A stretch of 32,000 nt of DNA from an uncultured Sulfuricella sp. (GTDB lineage Bacteria > Pseudomonadota > Gammaproteobacteria > Burkholderiales > Sulfuricellaceae). Shown in pieces: positions 23,333 through 30,875 of the stretch. Positions within the stretch are counted from its first letter, which is position 1, and every line of letters starts with the position of its first letter. Both the position numbers and the translations under genes were made by a program. The notes below the pieces were generated by a model, which saw nothing but the letters and a program-made list of their open reading frames with translations, was not told the DNA's origin and did no database searches. The DNA lies in contig CAYGNO010000001.1 in assembly GCA_964351305.1 (NCBI GenBank), forward strand, positions 5,332-37,331. Reading direction: 5' to 3'.

Positions 23333-24673
23333 TCACAAATAGCGCAGCCACAAATAACCGCTACTCACCACAATGCTCGCCAGCATCAGCGGAAACGCCA
23401 TCAGCATGAACGGCAGGAAGCGGATCGGCTGGCCGGCGCGCTCGGCGAAGCCGGCCACCACCAGGTTGGCGCTTGCCCCCACCAGGCTGCCGTTGCCGCC
23501 CAGGCAGGCGCCCAGCGCCAGCGACCACCACAGGGTGTTGATGTTTTCCGCGCCGAAGGTCGGCGCCATGCTGTGGATCACCGGGATCATGGTGGCGACG
23601 AAGGGGATGTTGTCCACCAGCGCCGAGGCCACCGCCGACACCCACAGGATGACGAAGGCGGTGGCGGCGAAATCGCCGCCGGTCAGCTCCAGCAGTTGTT
23701 GCGCCAGGAGCTTGAGGGCGCCGGCCTTTTCCACCCCCGCCACCACCACGAACAGGCCGACGAAGAAAAAGATCGTGACCCATTCCACCTCGGCGAAGCC
23801 GCGCTGCACCTGGTGGGACTGATCTTCGCCATTCTGGTCCCAGACCCGCAGCAGAAGCAGCAGCGCCGCGCCGAACATGGCGATGGTGGCGGGTTCCTGG
23901 CCGATGACGTGGGCCAGCATGAAGCCCAGGATGACCAGCGCGATCACCGCCAGGGATTGCTTGAGCAGGCGCGGGTCGGTAATCGCCTGGTCCGCGTCGA
24001 AGGCCATCACCTGGGCGCGGTCTTCCGGCGCGGCGTAGAGCTTTCTGCCCCAGATCAGGTAAAAAGGGATCAGCGTCAGGATGAAAACCGCCAGCGCCGG
24101 CGGCGCGAGGTTGAAGAAGAAATCGTTGAAGCCGAGCCCGGTCGCGGAGCCGATCATGATGTTGGGCGGGTCGCCGATCAGGGTGGCGCTGCCGCCGATG
24201 TTGGAGGCGAAGATCAGGGCGAACAGGTAAGGATAAGGCTTGAGCTTGAGGGCGTCAGTGATGAGCAGCGTCACCGGGGCGACCAGGAGCACCGTGGTGA
24301 CGTTGTCGAGCAGGGCGGAAAACAGCGCCGTCACCACCGACAGCATCACCATCAGCCCCCACGGATCGGCCTTGACCGCTTTGGCGGCGACCACCGCCAC
24401 GTACTGGAACACGCCGCTTTTCTGGGTGATGGCGACGATCACCATCATGCCGGTCAACAGCCCGATGGTGTTGAGGTCGATGCCGGCGAAGGCCTCGCTC
24501 TGGTGCAGCACGCCGGAGAAGATCATCAGCCCCGCGCCGAGCAGGGCGACGATGGCGCGGTTGATTCTCTCGGTGACGATGACGGCGTAGGTAGCGACGA
24601 AGATGGCAAGCGAGACCAGCAGCGGGCTCAAACCGAACAATACCTGCGTAGCGGTGGCAGCGGCGCCGTGCAT
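23333..24673 (-). CDS. ArsB/NhaD-superfamily (P-permease-like) ion transporter
   Basis: 446 aa, polytopic. Motifs LLDNVTTVLLVAPV and GGSATLIGDPPNIMIG, plus the second-half repeat LVDNIPFVATMIP...GGNGSLVGASANLV. The start is 1 nt after the stop of the upstream CBS gene. Confidence 0.85.
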   Translation of the reverse strand: MHGAAATATQVLFGLSPLLVSLAIFVATYAVIVTERINRAIVALLGAGLMIFSGVLHQSEAFAGIDLNTIGLLTGMMVIVAITQKSGVFQYVAVVAAKAVKADPWGLMVMLSVVTALFSALLDNVTTVLLVAPVTLLITDALKLKPYPYLFALIFASNIGGSATLIGDPPNIMIGSATGLGFNDFFFNLAPPALAVFILTLIPFYLIWGRKLYAAPEDRAQVMAFDADQAITDPRLLKQSLAVIALVILGFMLAHVIGQEPATIAMFGAALLLLLRVWDQNGEDQSHQVQRGFAEVEWVTIFFFVGLFVVVAGVEKAGALKLLAQQLLELTGGDFAATAFVILWVSAVASALVDNIPFVATMIPVIHSMAPTFGAENINTLWWSLALGACLGGNGSLVGASANLVVAGFAERAGQPIRFLPFMLMAFPLMLASIVVSSGYLWLRYL

Positions 24674-24674
24674 G

Positions 24675-25136
24675 TCACAGCCCCGCCTGTTGCGCGAGAT
24701 AGGCGAGCAGCGCGCGGCGGCTCAACATGCCGCGCAGCTTGCCATCCGCGCCCACCACGGGCAGCGGCGCGGTGCTGTTGGTGAGCAGCAGCGCCGCTTC
24801 CAGCAGCGGGCAATCCTCGTCCAGCAGCGGGACATCCTTCTTGGCAAATTCTCCCACCGTCAGGCGCTCCAGATCATGCAACCGGTCGGTCAGCATGCGG
24901 CCGGCGTCGCCGGCAAACCTGAGGTCGGACAGCCCGCCTTCCACCCGCGCGCTGGCCGGGATCAGCGCCCGCAGCACGGCGTTGGTGCTGACCACGCCAG
25001 CGAAGCCGCCGCCCTCGTCGCACAGGGGCACATGGTTGATCTGCTTCTCCAGCATGAGCTTGAGCGCTTCCATCAGGTTTGCCTCGGGCCGAAGGCAAAC
25101 GGTGGGCGGACAAATGGGAACGGCCTTGATCGACAT
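24675..25136 (-). CDS. CBS-domain pair protein
   Basis: 153 aa with two CBS-like repeats (NHVPLCDEGGGFAGVVSTNAVLRAL and PLPVVGADGKLRGMLSRRALLAYL). ATG at 25136. Confidence 0.8.
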   Translation of the reverse strand: MSIKAVPICPPTVCLRPEANLMEALKLMLEKQINHVPLCDEGGGFAGVVSTNAVLRALIPASARVEGGLSDLRFAGDAGRMLTDRLHDLERLTVGEFAKKDVPLLDEDCPLLEAALLLTNSTAPLPVVGADGKLRGMLSRRALLAYLAQQAGL

Positions 25137-25170
25137 GTGCTTTCTCCAGCTTAAGTTAAATTATCCACCG

Positions 25171-25818
25171 TCACGCCCACAAGCTCAAAGGCGGGTCGGC
25201 GATGACCGCGCGCAGGATGTCACCGCGCGAGATAAAGCCCACCATTTCCCCCGCCTCGTTCACCACCGGCACGCCGGTGAAGCCGGTATCCAGCAGCACG
25301 CGGGCGACGAGGCGGATATCGGCCGCCGGGTCGGCGCTCACCACGGGGCTGGCCATCACCTCGGCCACGGTGCGGGCCAGGACGTCGCGCACCGCGCCCC
25401 CTTCCACGTTGAGCGCGGTGAGCAGGTCGCGCTCGGAGACGATGCCCACCAGACGATGCGCGCTATCCCGCACCGGGGCCTGGCGGATGCGCCCTGTCAC
25501 GAGGGCGCGCCAGGCGTCCTCGATCCGCGACTCCGCCCGCACCGCCGTCACTTCCCGGCTCATGATCTGGTAGGCATGGTAGAGCGGGCCGCGTTCGGTC
25601 TCTTGATGCAACATCCCCGGATAGGCACGGGCGGCGGCTTCATAATTTGCACCGTCTTGATCCGTGCGCCGGGCGGTCCGGGATATCTCCGCGCCCGGTC
25701 CCTCGCCCTCGTGGGCGAGGGACCGGGCATGGCGGGCGCGCATTACCCCCGGCACCTGAATCAACTGCTCCAGAGGTCCGTGGAAAGTCTGGCCGGTGAC
25801 GCCATAGATGGAGAACAT
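25171..25818 (-). CDS. CBS-domain protein with ~90-aa low-complexity N-terminal extension
   Basis: The C-terminal half has two CBS repeats (QAPVRDSAHRLVGIVSERDLLTAL and GVPVVNEAGEMVGFISRGDILRAV). ATG at 25818. Confidence 0.75.
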   Translation of the reverse strand: MFSIYGVTGQTFHGPLEQLIQVPGVMRARHARSLAHEGEGPGAEISRTARRTDQDGANYEAAARAYPGMLHQETERGPLYHAYQIMSREVTAVRAESRIEDAWRALVTGRIRQAPVRDSAHRLVGIVSERDLLTALNVEGGAVRDVLARTVAEVMASPVVSADPAADIRLVARVLLDTGFTGVPVVNEAGEMVGFISRGDILRAVIADPPLSLWA

Positions 25819-25863
25819 TTATCGTGGCCTTTCTTTTTCAACCTGGCGGAGCATAAGTTTTAA

Positions 25864-26181
25864 TTATGCCTTGGGTGCGGCCATGTCGCCAGCAAAGCCG
25901 AGTCCACATATCGCCGTCCGTGCAGGCTGCCCTTCAGTCAGTACGACCGTAGCGGGCCGCTCCGATTCGCCCAGGCCTGACAGCACGGCGACCGCGCCGG
26001 TGAAGTCTTCGTGCGTGGTGTAGCCGCTGATCGTGATCAGCGTGCGCAGGCCGGCGCCGATGGCGGCCTTGAGGCCGTTCGCCGAGTCCTCGACGGCGGA
26101 GAGCAGGGCGTCCAAGCCGGTCACGATGCAGCCGGAGAGTGGCCGTCCGATCACCGGCAGGCGGATATGGCCGACGATCAC
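25864..26181 (-). pseudogene. 5'-truncated remnant of a CbbY-like HAD-IA hydrolase
   Basis: Only the C-terminal third is recognisable (AVEDSANGLKAAIGAGLRTLITISGYTTHEDFTGAVAVLSGLGESERP), which is HAD motif III and the tail. The nucleophile DxD motif and the cap are missing. The N-terminal 35 residues of the track ORF are translated AT-rich intergenic DNA, and its ATG overlaps the divergent nhaR-like ATG (CATG). Confidence 0.5.
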
Positions 26182-26281
26182 CTTCTTTAATTTGAAACAC
26201 TGAGAAGCATATTGATCATTTGCAATTCCATAAAGCCGAATATAATTGAATATTATTCGATAATTACGAACATTGAAAAAC
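26182..26281. promoter_or_regulatory. AT-rich divergent control region with two dyads
   Basis: ATTG-N8-CAAT at 26211..26226 and AATAT-N6-ATATT at 26239..26254. The region sits between the LysR-type gene (+) and the HAD remnant / CBS / permease genes (-). LysR regulators typically bind T-N11-A dyads in such divergent regions. Confidence 0.4.
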
Positions 26282-27211
26282 ATGGGCACGCTGAATTACA
26301 AGCATCTTCACTACTTCTGGGCGGTGGCCAAGGCCGGCAGCGTGACCCGCGCCAGCGAGCGGCTGCACCTGACGCCGCAAACCGTCAGCGGCCAGCTGAG
26401 CCTGTTCGAGGAGGTGCTGGGCGAAGCGCTGTTCGACCGCAGCGGGCGGCAATTCGAGCTGACCGAGGCAGGCCGGATGGTGCTGGGTTATGCCGACGAA
26501 ATCTTTTCGCTCGGCCAGGAACTGGAGGAGATGTTGCACCATCGCCCCACCGATCGACCGCTGCAATTCAGGGTGGGCGTCACCGACGCGGTGCCCAAGG
26601 CCGTCGCCTATCAGCTGCTGGAGCCGGCGATGCAGGTTGCGCAACCGCCGCGCATCGTTTGCCGGGAAGGGAAAGTGGCCGACCTGCTGACTGAACTGGC
26701 GGTGCATCGGCTCGACATCGTGATCGCCGACAGCCCCATGCCCCGCACAATTGACGTGCGGGGCTTCAGTCACCTGCTCGGGGAATGCGGCCTCACCTTC
26801 TTTGCCACGGCTGAGTTGGCGCGGAAGCACCCGGCGCCATTCCCGCAATGCCTGGATGGCGCACCCATGCTCCTGCCGGGCGAGGATGTCGCGATGCGAC
26901 CAAGGCTGATCCGCTGGTTCAGCGACCACCGGATTCATCCTCGGATTACTGGCGAATTCGACGATGGCGCACTGATGAAGGCCTTCGGGCGAGCGGGGGT
27001 AGGCATCTTCGCCGCCCCCACTGCGATTGCGGAACAAGTGATGCGGCAGCATGAAGTCGTCAGCATCGGCACGACCGAAGAAGTGATCGAGCAGTTCTAC
27101 GCGATCTCGGTGGAGCGCAAGCTCACCCACCCGGCAGTGGTCGCCATCAGCCGTGCTGCGCGGCAGGAACTGTTCATCAAACGGCGACCGGGAGAGAACG
27201 CTTCAGACTAG
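26282..27211 (+). CDS. nhaR: LysR-family transcriptional regulator, NhaR-like
   Basis: The track start 26273 is TTG; the ATG is at 26282. MGTLNYKHLHYFWAVAKAGSVTRASERLHLTPQTVSGQLSLFEE... matches the NhaR-type N-terminus (NY-HL-YFW...GS...A...L-LTPQT) as I recall it from E. coli NhaR. Confidence 0.8.
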   Translation: MGTLNYKHLHYFWAVAKAGSVTRASERLHLTPQTVSGQLSLFEEVLGEALFDRSGRQFELTEAGRMVLGYADEIFSLGQELEEMLHHRPTDRPLQFRVGVTDAVPKAVAYQLLEPAMQVAQPPRIVCREGKVADLLTELAVHRLDIVIADSPMPRTIDVRGFSHLLGECGLTFFATAELARKHPAPFPQCLDGAPMLLPGEDVAMRPRLIRWFSDHRIHPRITGEFDDGALMKAFGRAGVGIFAAPTAIAEQVMRQHEVVSIGTTEEVIEQFYAISVERKLTHPAVVAISRAARQELFIKRRPGENASD

Positions 27212-27240
27212 CGGAGTGTCACTCACGGCCACACGGGAAA

Positions 27241-28149
27241 TCATTCCCGTTCCTTGGATACCCATCTGATTATCTGCACCGCAGGCTCAGGTTGCAGCGT
27301 GACGTGTTCGATACCGAAACGATCGTGCAGCAGCTTGCGGCTCTCTGCCAGTATGCCTTCCCAGCGCGCCATATCCGCGACGGTCAAATGCGCGGAAAGC
27401 ATAATTTTCTCCGAAGCGACGCTCCACACATGCAGGTCATGCACCGACACCACGCCGGGAACACAGGCCATCTCTTGCCCGATTTCCTCCAGCGACAAAT
27501 GCAGCGGCACGCCTTCCATGATCCCGTGCAGCGCCTGGCGCAACAGGCGCAGGCTGGAAACCAGGATCAGCGCGCCGATGGCCAGCGACAGCAGCGGGTC
27601 GATGGGCGTCCAGCCGGTGAAAACGATCACCACCCCGGCGATCAGCGCCGCCACCGAGCCCAGCAGATCGCCCATGACATGCAGCAGCGCGGCGCGGGTA
27701 TTGAGGTTCTGCTCTCCCCGGAAGAGCAGCCACGCCACGCCGATATTGATCAGCAATCCCAGCGCGGCGGTGATCGAAACCGCCTCCCCCTGCACTGCCT
27801 GGGGAATTTGCCAGCGCTGCACGGCGGAAACGGAAATCCACGCCACCAGCGCCAGCAAGCCGAGGCTGTTGACCAGCGCGGCGATAAACTCCGCCCGCCC
27901 CAGACCGTAACTGTGCAGCCGCGAGACTGGCCGCCGGCTGACCCAGCTTGCAACAGCGGCGATCACCAGCGCCAGGGCATCATTGACCATGTGCCCGGCA
28001 TCGGCCACCAGCGCCAGCGAACCCGCCCACCAGCCCATGCCCGCCTCGACGGCAGCGTAGCCCAGGGTCAGCGCCACGGCAAACCACAGCGCCCGGCCCG
28101 CAGCTTCGCCGTGGGCGTGGTGATGATCGTGATGGTGCGCCGCGCTCAT
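27241..28149 (-). CDS. Cation diffusion facilitator (CzcD/ZitB-like) divalent metal exporter
   Basis: His-rich N-terminus MSAAHHHDHHHAHGE. TM2 reads SLALVADAGHMVNDALAL and TM5 reads LHVMGDLLGSV. C-terminal cytoplasmic domain (VHDLHVWSV...). Its ATG overlaps the stop of the upstream gene (ATGA). Confidence 0.9.
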   Translation of the reverse strand: MSAAHHHDHHHAHGEAAGRALWFAVALTLGYAAVEAGMGWWAGSLALVADAGHMVNDALALVIAAVASWVSRRPVSRLHSYGLGRAEFIAALVNSLGLLALVAWISVSAVQRWQIPQAVQGEAVSITAALGLLINIGVAWLLFRGEQNLNTRAALLHVMGDLLGSVAALIAGVVIVFTGWTPIDPLLSLAIGALILVSSLRLLRQALHGIMEGVPLHLSLEEIGQEMACVPGVVSVHDLHVWSVASEKIMLSAHLTVADMARWEGILAESRKLLHDRFGIEHVTLQPEPAVQIIRWVSKERE

Positions 28150-29405
28150 GCAACCTTCCCTCGGGTCATCCGCGCGGCGATCCAGGTGATGGCCACAGCC
28201 AATCCCAGCAAGCCGAACGCCACCGCCAGACTATTCAGCCATTCCGGCGCAACCAGCAGCAGCATACCCAGCTCCAGCATCATGGTGCCGGAAAGCAGCT
28301 TGAGCAGCCTGCCCTCCCGTTCCGTCAGCTTGCGCGCGCCCATGGTGCGCACGAAGACCAGCACGATCAACGCCAGCGGCACCACGTAGACCAGACTGTA
28401 CAGGGCCAGATAGAGGTAATACCCGGCGGGCGGCAGCTCGCTCAGGGTGAGCAGCCGGGTATAGACCATGGGAAAACCGGCGGTGCACAGCAACTCGTAG
28501 AAGTTGGCGGCCATCGCCAGGAACACCGTCGCCGCGACCATCGCCGGCAGACTGCCGGCACCGAGGATGGCGCGGGCGCGGCGGTAAATATCCGGCTTGC
28601 GCGATTCCGGAATGGACAGGGTCAGCCCCCGCCCGAAGGCGAAGAAATCCTTGACGTTGACGGCACCGACAAACACCGCCAGCGCCCCGGCAGCCAGAGT
28701 CACCCAGGCGAGGTTGCCGAGCACCTGGAACAGGTTGAGCCAGGCTGCCATGAAGGCAAAATACATCAACCCGGAGAACAGCACGAAAATGCCGCCGATG
28801 ACGAGCATGCGCTTGCGGTTTTTCTGGTGCGCGAGCAGGGAAAGCAGGAACAGCAGCACGAAAAAGGCGCAGGGATTGAAGGCATCCAGCCCGGCGATGG
28901 CGACCGTCAGCAAGGGCAGGGAGAAATCCTGCGGGTCCACCTCGCCCAGAACGGGCACGCTGAGCTTCCCGGCCGCAAGACCGGCAACCACGCTGCCCGC
29001 GAGGACGCGGGCATGGCACTCATCCAGACGCCAGACGATCTCCGCGCCCGTGATCTCGGCCCTGTCCCAGCCCACATGCATTTCGCCGCAGAACAGCAGG
29101 GCCGGAACGGAAACCGCATCCTGCCCGAGTTTCGCCGCCATTTCTTCATACTGGCGGGCATATTCGGGATGGCCGTTCAGCTCCATGGAATGCAGCGTCA
29201 CCCAGGGGCGGGTGGCGGGTATGGCCTCGACGAATGGCCGCGCCTCCTGGCAATGGGGGCAGGCGGTAGTCCAGTAGAAATACAGTTGCAGTTGGGGCTG
29301 GCCGTCCGGGCCGGTCTTGACCCACAGATCGTCGGACTGCGCCGCGACCGGCATCACCCAGAGCAGAGCCAGGGCGAGCATCGCCAGCAGGCGCGGCCAG
29401 GTCAT
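28146..29405 (-). CDS. Periplasmic thioredoxin-fold (CPHC) domain fused to a DsbD/CcdA-like polytopic membrane domain
   Basis: Track ORF trimmed to the ATG at 29405. Signal peptide MTWPRLLAMLALALLWVMPVAAQ, then YFYWTTACPHCQEARPF. The membrane block carries GLDAFNPCAFFVLLFLLS and YELLCTAGFP, conserved Cys positions of the DsbD_2/CcdA kind. Confidence 0.7.
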   Translation of the reverse strand: MTWPRLLAMLALALLWVMPVAAQSDDLWVKTGPDGQPQLQLYFYWTTACPHCQEARPFVEAIPATRPWVTLHSMELNGHPEYARQYEEMAAKLGQDAVSVPALLFCGEMHVGWDRAEITGAEIVWRLDECHARVLAGSVVAGLAAGKLSVPVLGEVDPQDFSLPLLTVAIAGLDAFNPCAFFVLLFLLSLLAHQKNRKRMLVIGGIFVLFSGLMYFAFMAAWLNLFQVLGNLAWVTLAAGALAVFVGAVNVKDFFAFGRGLTLSIPESRKPDIYRRARAILGAGSLPAMVAATVFLAMAANFYELLCTAGFPMVYTRLLTLSELPPAGYYLYLALYSLVYVVPLALIVLVFVRTMGARKLTEREGRLLKLLSGTMMLELGMLLLVAPEWLNSLAVAFGLLGLAVAITWIAARMTRGKVA

Positions 29406-29415
29406 GGCACAGCCA

Positions 29416-30237
29416 TCAATAAGCAAAGCGGCCCCTCATTTCCTCCAGGTTCAGCTCCTGCAGAATCTGCTCCAGCCGGTCCTGGGCATTTTTTCTCGGC
29501 GCGTCCTTGAAGCTGGCGACAATCAGCTCGTTTTTCATGGAATGCTCCCAGCCGACCAGCTCGGTCACCGTCAACTGGTAGCCGTGGGATTCAAGCAGCA
29601 GGCAGCGCAGGACATTGGTGATGAGGCTGCCGAATTCCCTGGTGTGGATGGGGTGGCGCCAGATCTCGGACAGGGGCGTTTTCGAGAACGAGTCGTTTTT
29701 GTGCTTGCGCAGCACTGCGGCCAGTTCCGCCTGACAGCAGGGCACCAGCACGATGAATCTGGCCTTCTTCTGCAGGGCGAACCGGATCGCGTCGTCCGTC
29801 GCCGTATCGCAGGCGTGCAGCGCCGTCACCACGTCGATGTTTTCCGGCAGCTCGGCGGAGACCGTCGCGGCTTCCACCGACAGGTTGAGGAAGGTCATGC
29901 GCCCGAAACCCAGCCGCTCGGCCAGCTCGCGGGATTTGACGACCAGCTCCTCGCGGGTTTCGATGCCGTAGATGTGCCCGGTCGCCATCTCCTTGAAAAA
30001 CAGGTCATAAAGCATGAAGCCCAGATAGGACTTGCCCGCGCCGTGGTCGGCCAGGGTCAGGTTTTCATTCCCGGCCAGCACTTCCTTCAGCAGCGGCTCG
30101 ATGAAGTGAAACAGGTGATAAACCTGTTTCAGCTTGCGTCGGCTGTCCTGATTGAGCTTTCCATCCCGCGTCAGAATATGCAGCTCTTTGAGAAGCTCGA
30201 CGGATTGACCGGGCTTGATTTCGGGGATGAGATTCAC
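29416..30237 (-). CDS. Class I SAM-dependent methyltransferase (Methyltransf_32-like)
   Basis: GTG start at 30237 with an AGGAAG SD 5 nt upstream. Motif I is LADHGAGKSYLG; also ALHACDTATDDAI and VLVPCCQAEL. Confidence 0.75.
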   Translation of the reverse strand: MNLIPEIKPGQSVELLKELHILTRDGKLNQDSRRKLKQVYHLFHFIEPLLKEVLAGNENLTLADHGAGKSYLGFMLYDLFFKEMATGHIYGIETREELVVKSRELAERLGFGRMTFLNLSVEAATVSAELPENIDVVTALHACDTATDDAIRFALQKKARFIVLVPCCQAELAAVLRKHKNDSFSKTPLSEIWRHPIHTREFGSLITNVLRCLLLESHGYQLTVTELVGWEHSMKNELIVASFKDAPRKNAQDRLEQILQELNLEEMRGRFAY

Positions 30238-30290
30238 GATGGCTTCCTGATGGGCGGATCAGGCCATTTTAACCCAGAAAAAGCTATTGA

Positions 30291-30410
30291 ACCGCAGAGG
30301 ACGCGGAGGACGCAGAGGAATTCAAATGATTTTCAAAAAAATGCACTCACTCAATGGGTGGTTCAGCATAACTTGGCAATGCCTTGTTTTTCCTCTGCGT
30401 CCTCTGCGGT
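30291..30410. repeat. Inverted-repeat (MITE/REP-like) element: 21-bp arms around a 69-bp AT-richer core
   Basis: The right arm TTCCTCTGCGTCCTCTGCGGT (30390..30410) is the exact reverse complement of the left arm ACCGCAGAGGACGC[GGAGGACGC]AGAGGAA (30291..30320) once the bracketed 9 nt are removed. The left arm therefore reads as near-tandem 9-mers: CAGAGGACG, CGGAGGACG, CAGAGGAA. Confidence 0.7.
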
Positions 30411-30438
30411 GAACGCCGTTTTTAAGTTCAGCGTTTCG

Positions 30439-30870
30439 CTAGCCCTTCGCACTGGAAGCTGGGGCGAGGGAAAAGCGTTGCCGTAATTCGGGCACCAGCT
30501 TCGCCCGAATCTCGTCCCGCACTTTGACAAAGCTTTCCAGCGGCTCGCCGTGGGGGTCGTGGAACGGCATGTGGATCGCGGGGATGGCCTTGGGGAAAAC
30601 CGGGCAGGCTTCCCTGGCGTTGTCGCACACCGTCACCACCAGGTCGATGGCTTCGTTCATCACCGCGTCCACGTCCTTGGGGTAAAGCTCTTCGGTATGC
30701 AGGCCGCCCAGCTTCAGCGCCTCGATGGCACCGTCCGCCACCTTGGGCTGGGGGCGGGTGCCGGCGGAAAGCGCCCGCACTTGCGGGCCGAGATCGTGAT
30801 TGACGAGGGCTTCAGCCATCTGGCTGCGGCAGGAGTTGCCGGTGCACAGAATCAATACGGTTTTAGTCAT
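30439..30870 (-). CDS. arsC: Arsenate reductase, LMW-PTP (thioredoxin-coupled) type
   Basis: Track ORF trimmed to the ATG at 30870 with an AAGGAG SD. MTKTVLILCTGNSCRSQMAEAL carries the CX5R P-loop, and VTVCDNAREACP carries the downstream Cys pair. Confidence 0.85.
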   Translation of the reverse strand: MTKTVLILCTGNSCRSQMAEALVNHDLGPQVRALSAGTRPQPKVADGAIEALKLGGLHTEELYPKDVDAVMNEAIDLVVTVCDNAREACPVFPKAIPAIHMPFHDPHGEPLESFVKVRDEIRAKLVPELRQRFSLAPASSAKG

Positions 30871-30875
30871 AATAC

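Noticed and set aside
23303-24784. + strand ORF of 493 aa opposite the ArsB/NhaD permease
   Set aside because: It has an extremely H/R/D/G/Q-rich sequence, whereas the minus frame encodes a coherent polytopic transporter.
25864-26289. Track ORF of 141 aa as an intact gene
   Set aside because: Its N-terminal 35 residues (MPMFFNVRNYRIIFNYIRLYGIANDQYASQCFKLK) are translated AT-rich promoter DNA. Its ATG overlaps the divergent regulator's ATG. The remainder is only the C-terminal third of a HAD hydrolase, so I called it a remnant instead.
29416-30237. Methyltransferase as arsenite methyltransferase ArsM, given the neighbouring ars-like genes
   Set aside because: Its motif pattern (ADHGAGKSYLG, LHACDTATD, PCCQ) fits the Methyltransf_32-type layout rather than what I recall of ArsM. 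I cannot place the conserved ArsM cysteine triad. The inverted-repeat gap also separates it from arsC.
29317-30486. + strand ORF of 389 aa spanning the methyltransferase antisense strand and the inverted-repeat element
   Set aside because: It is a shadow ORF. It reads through the intergenic repeat (…EPQRTRRTQRNS…FSSASSAVN…), which is the repeat translated rather than a gene.
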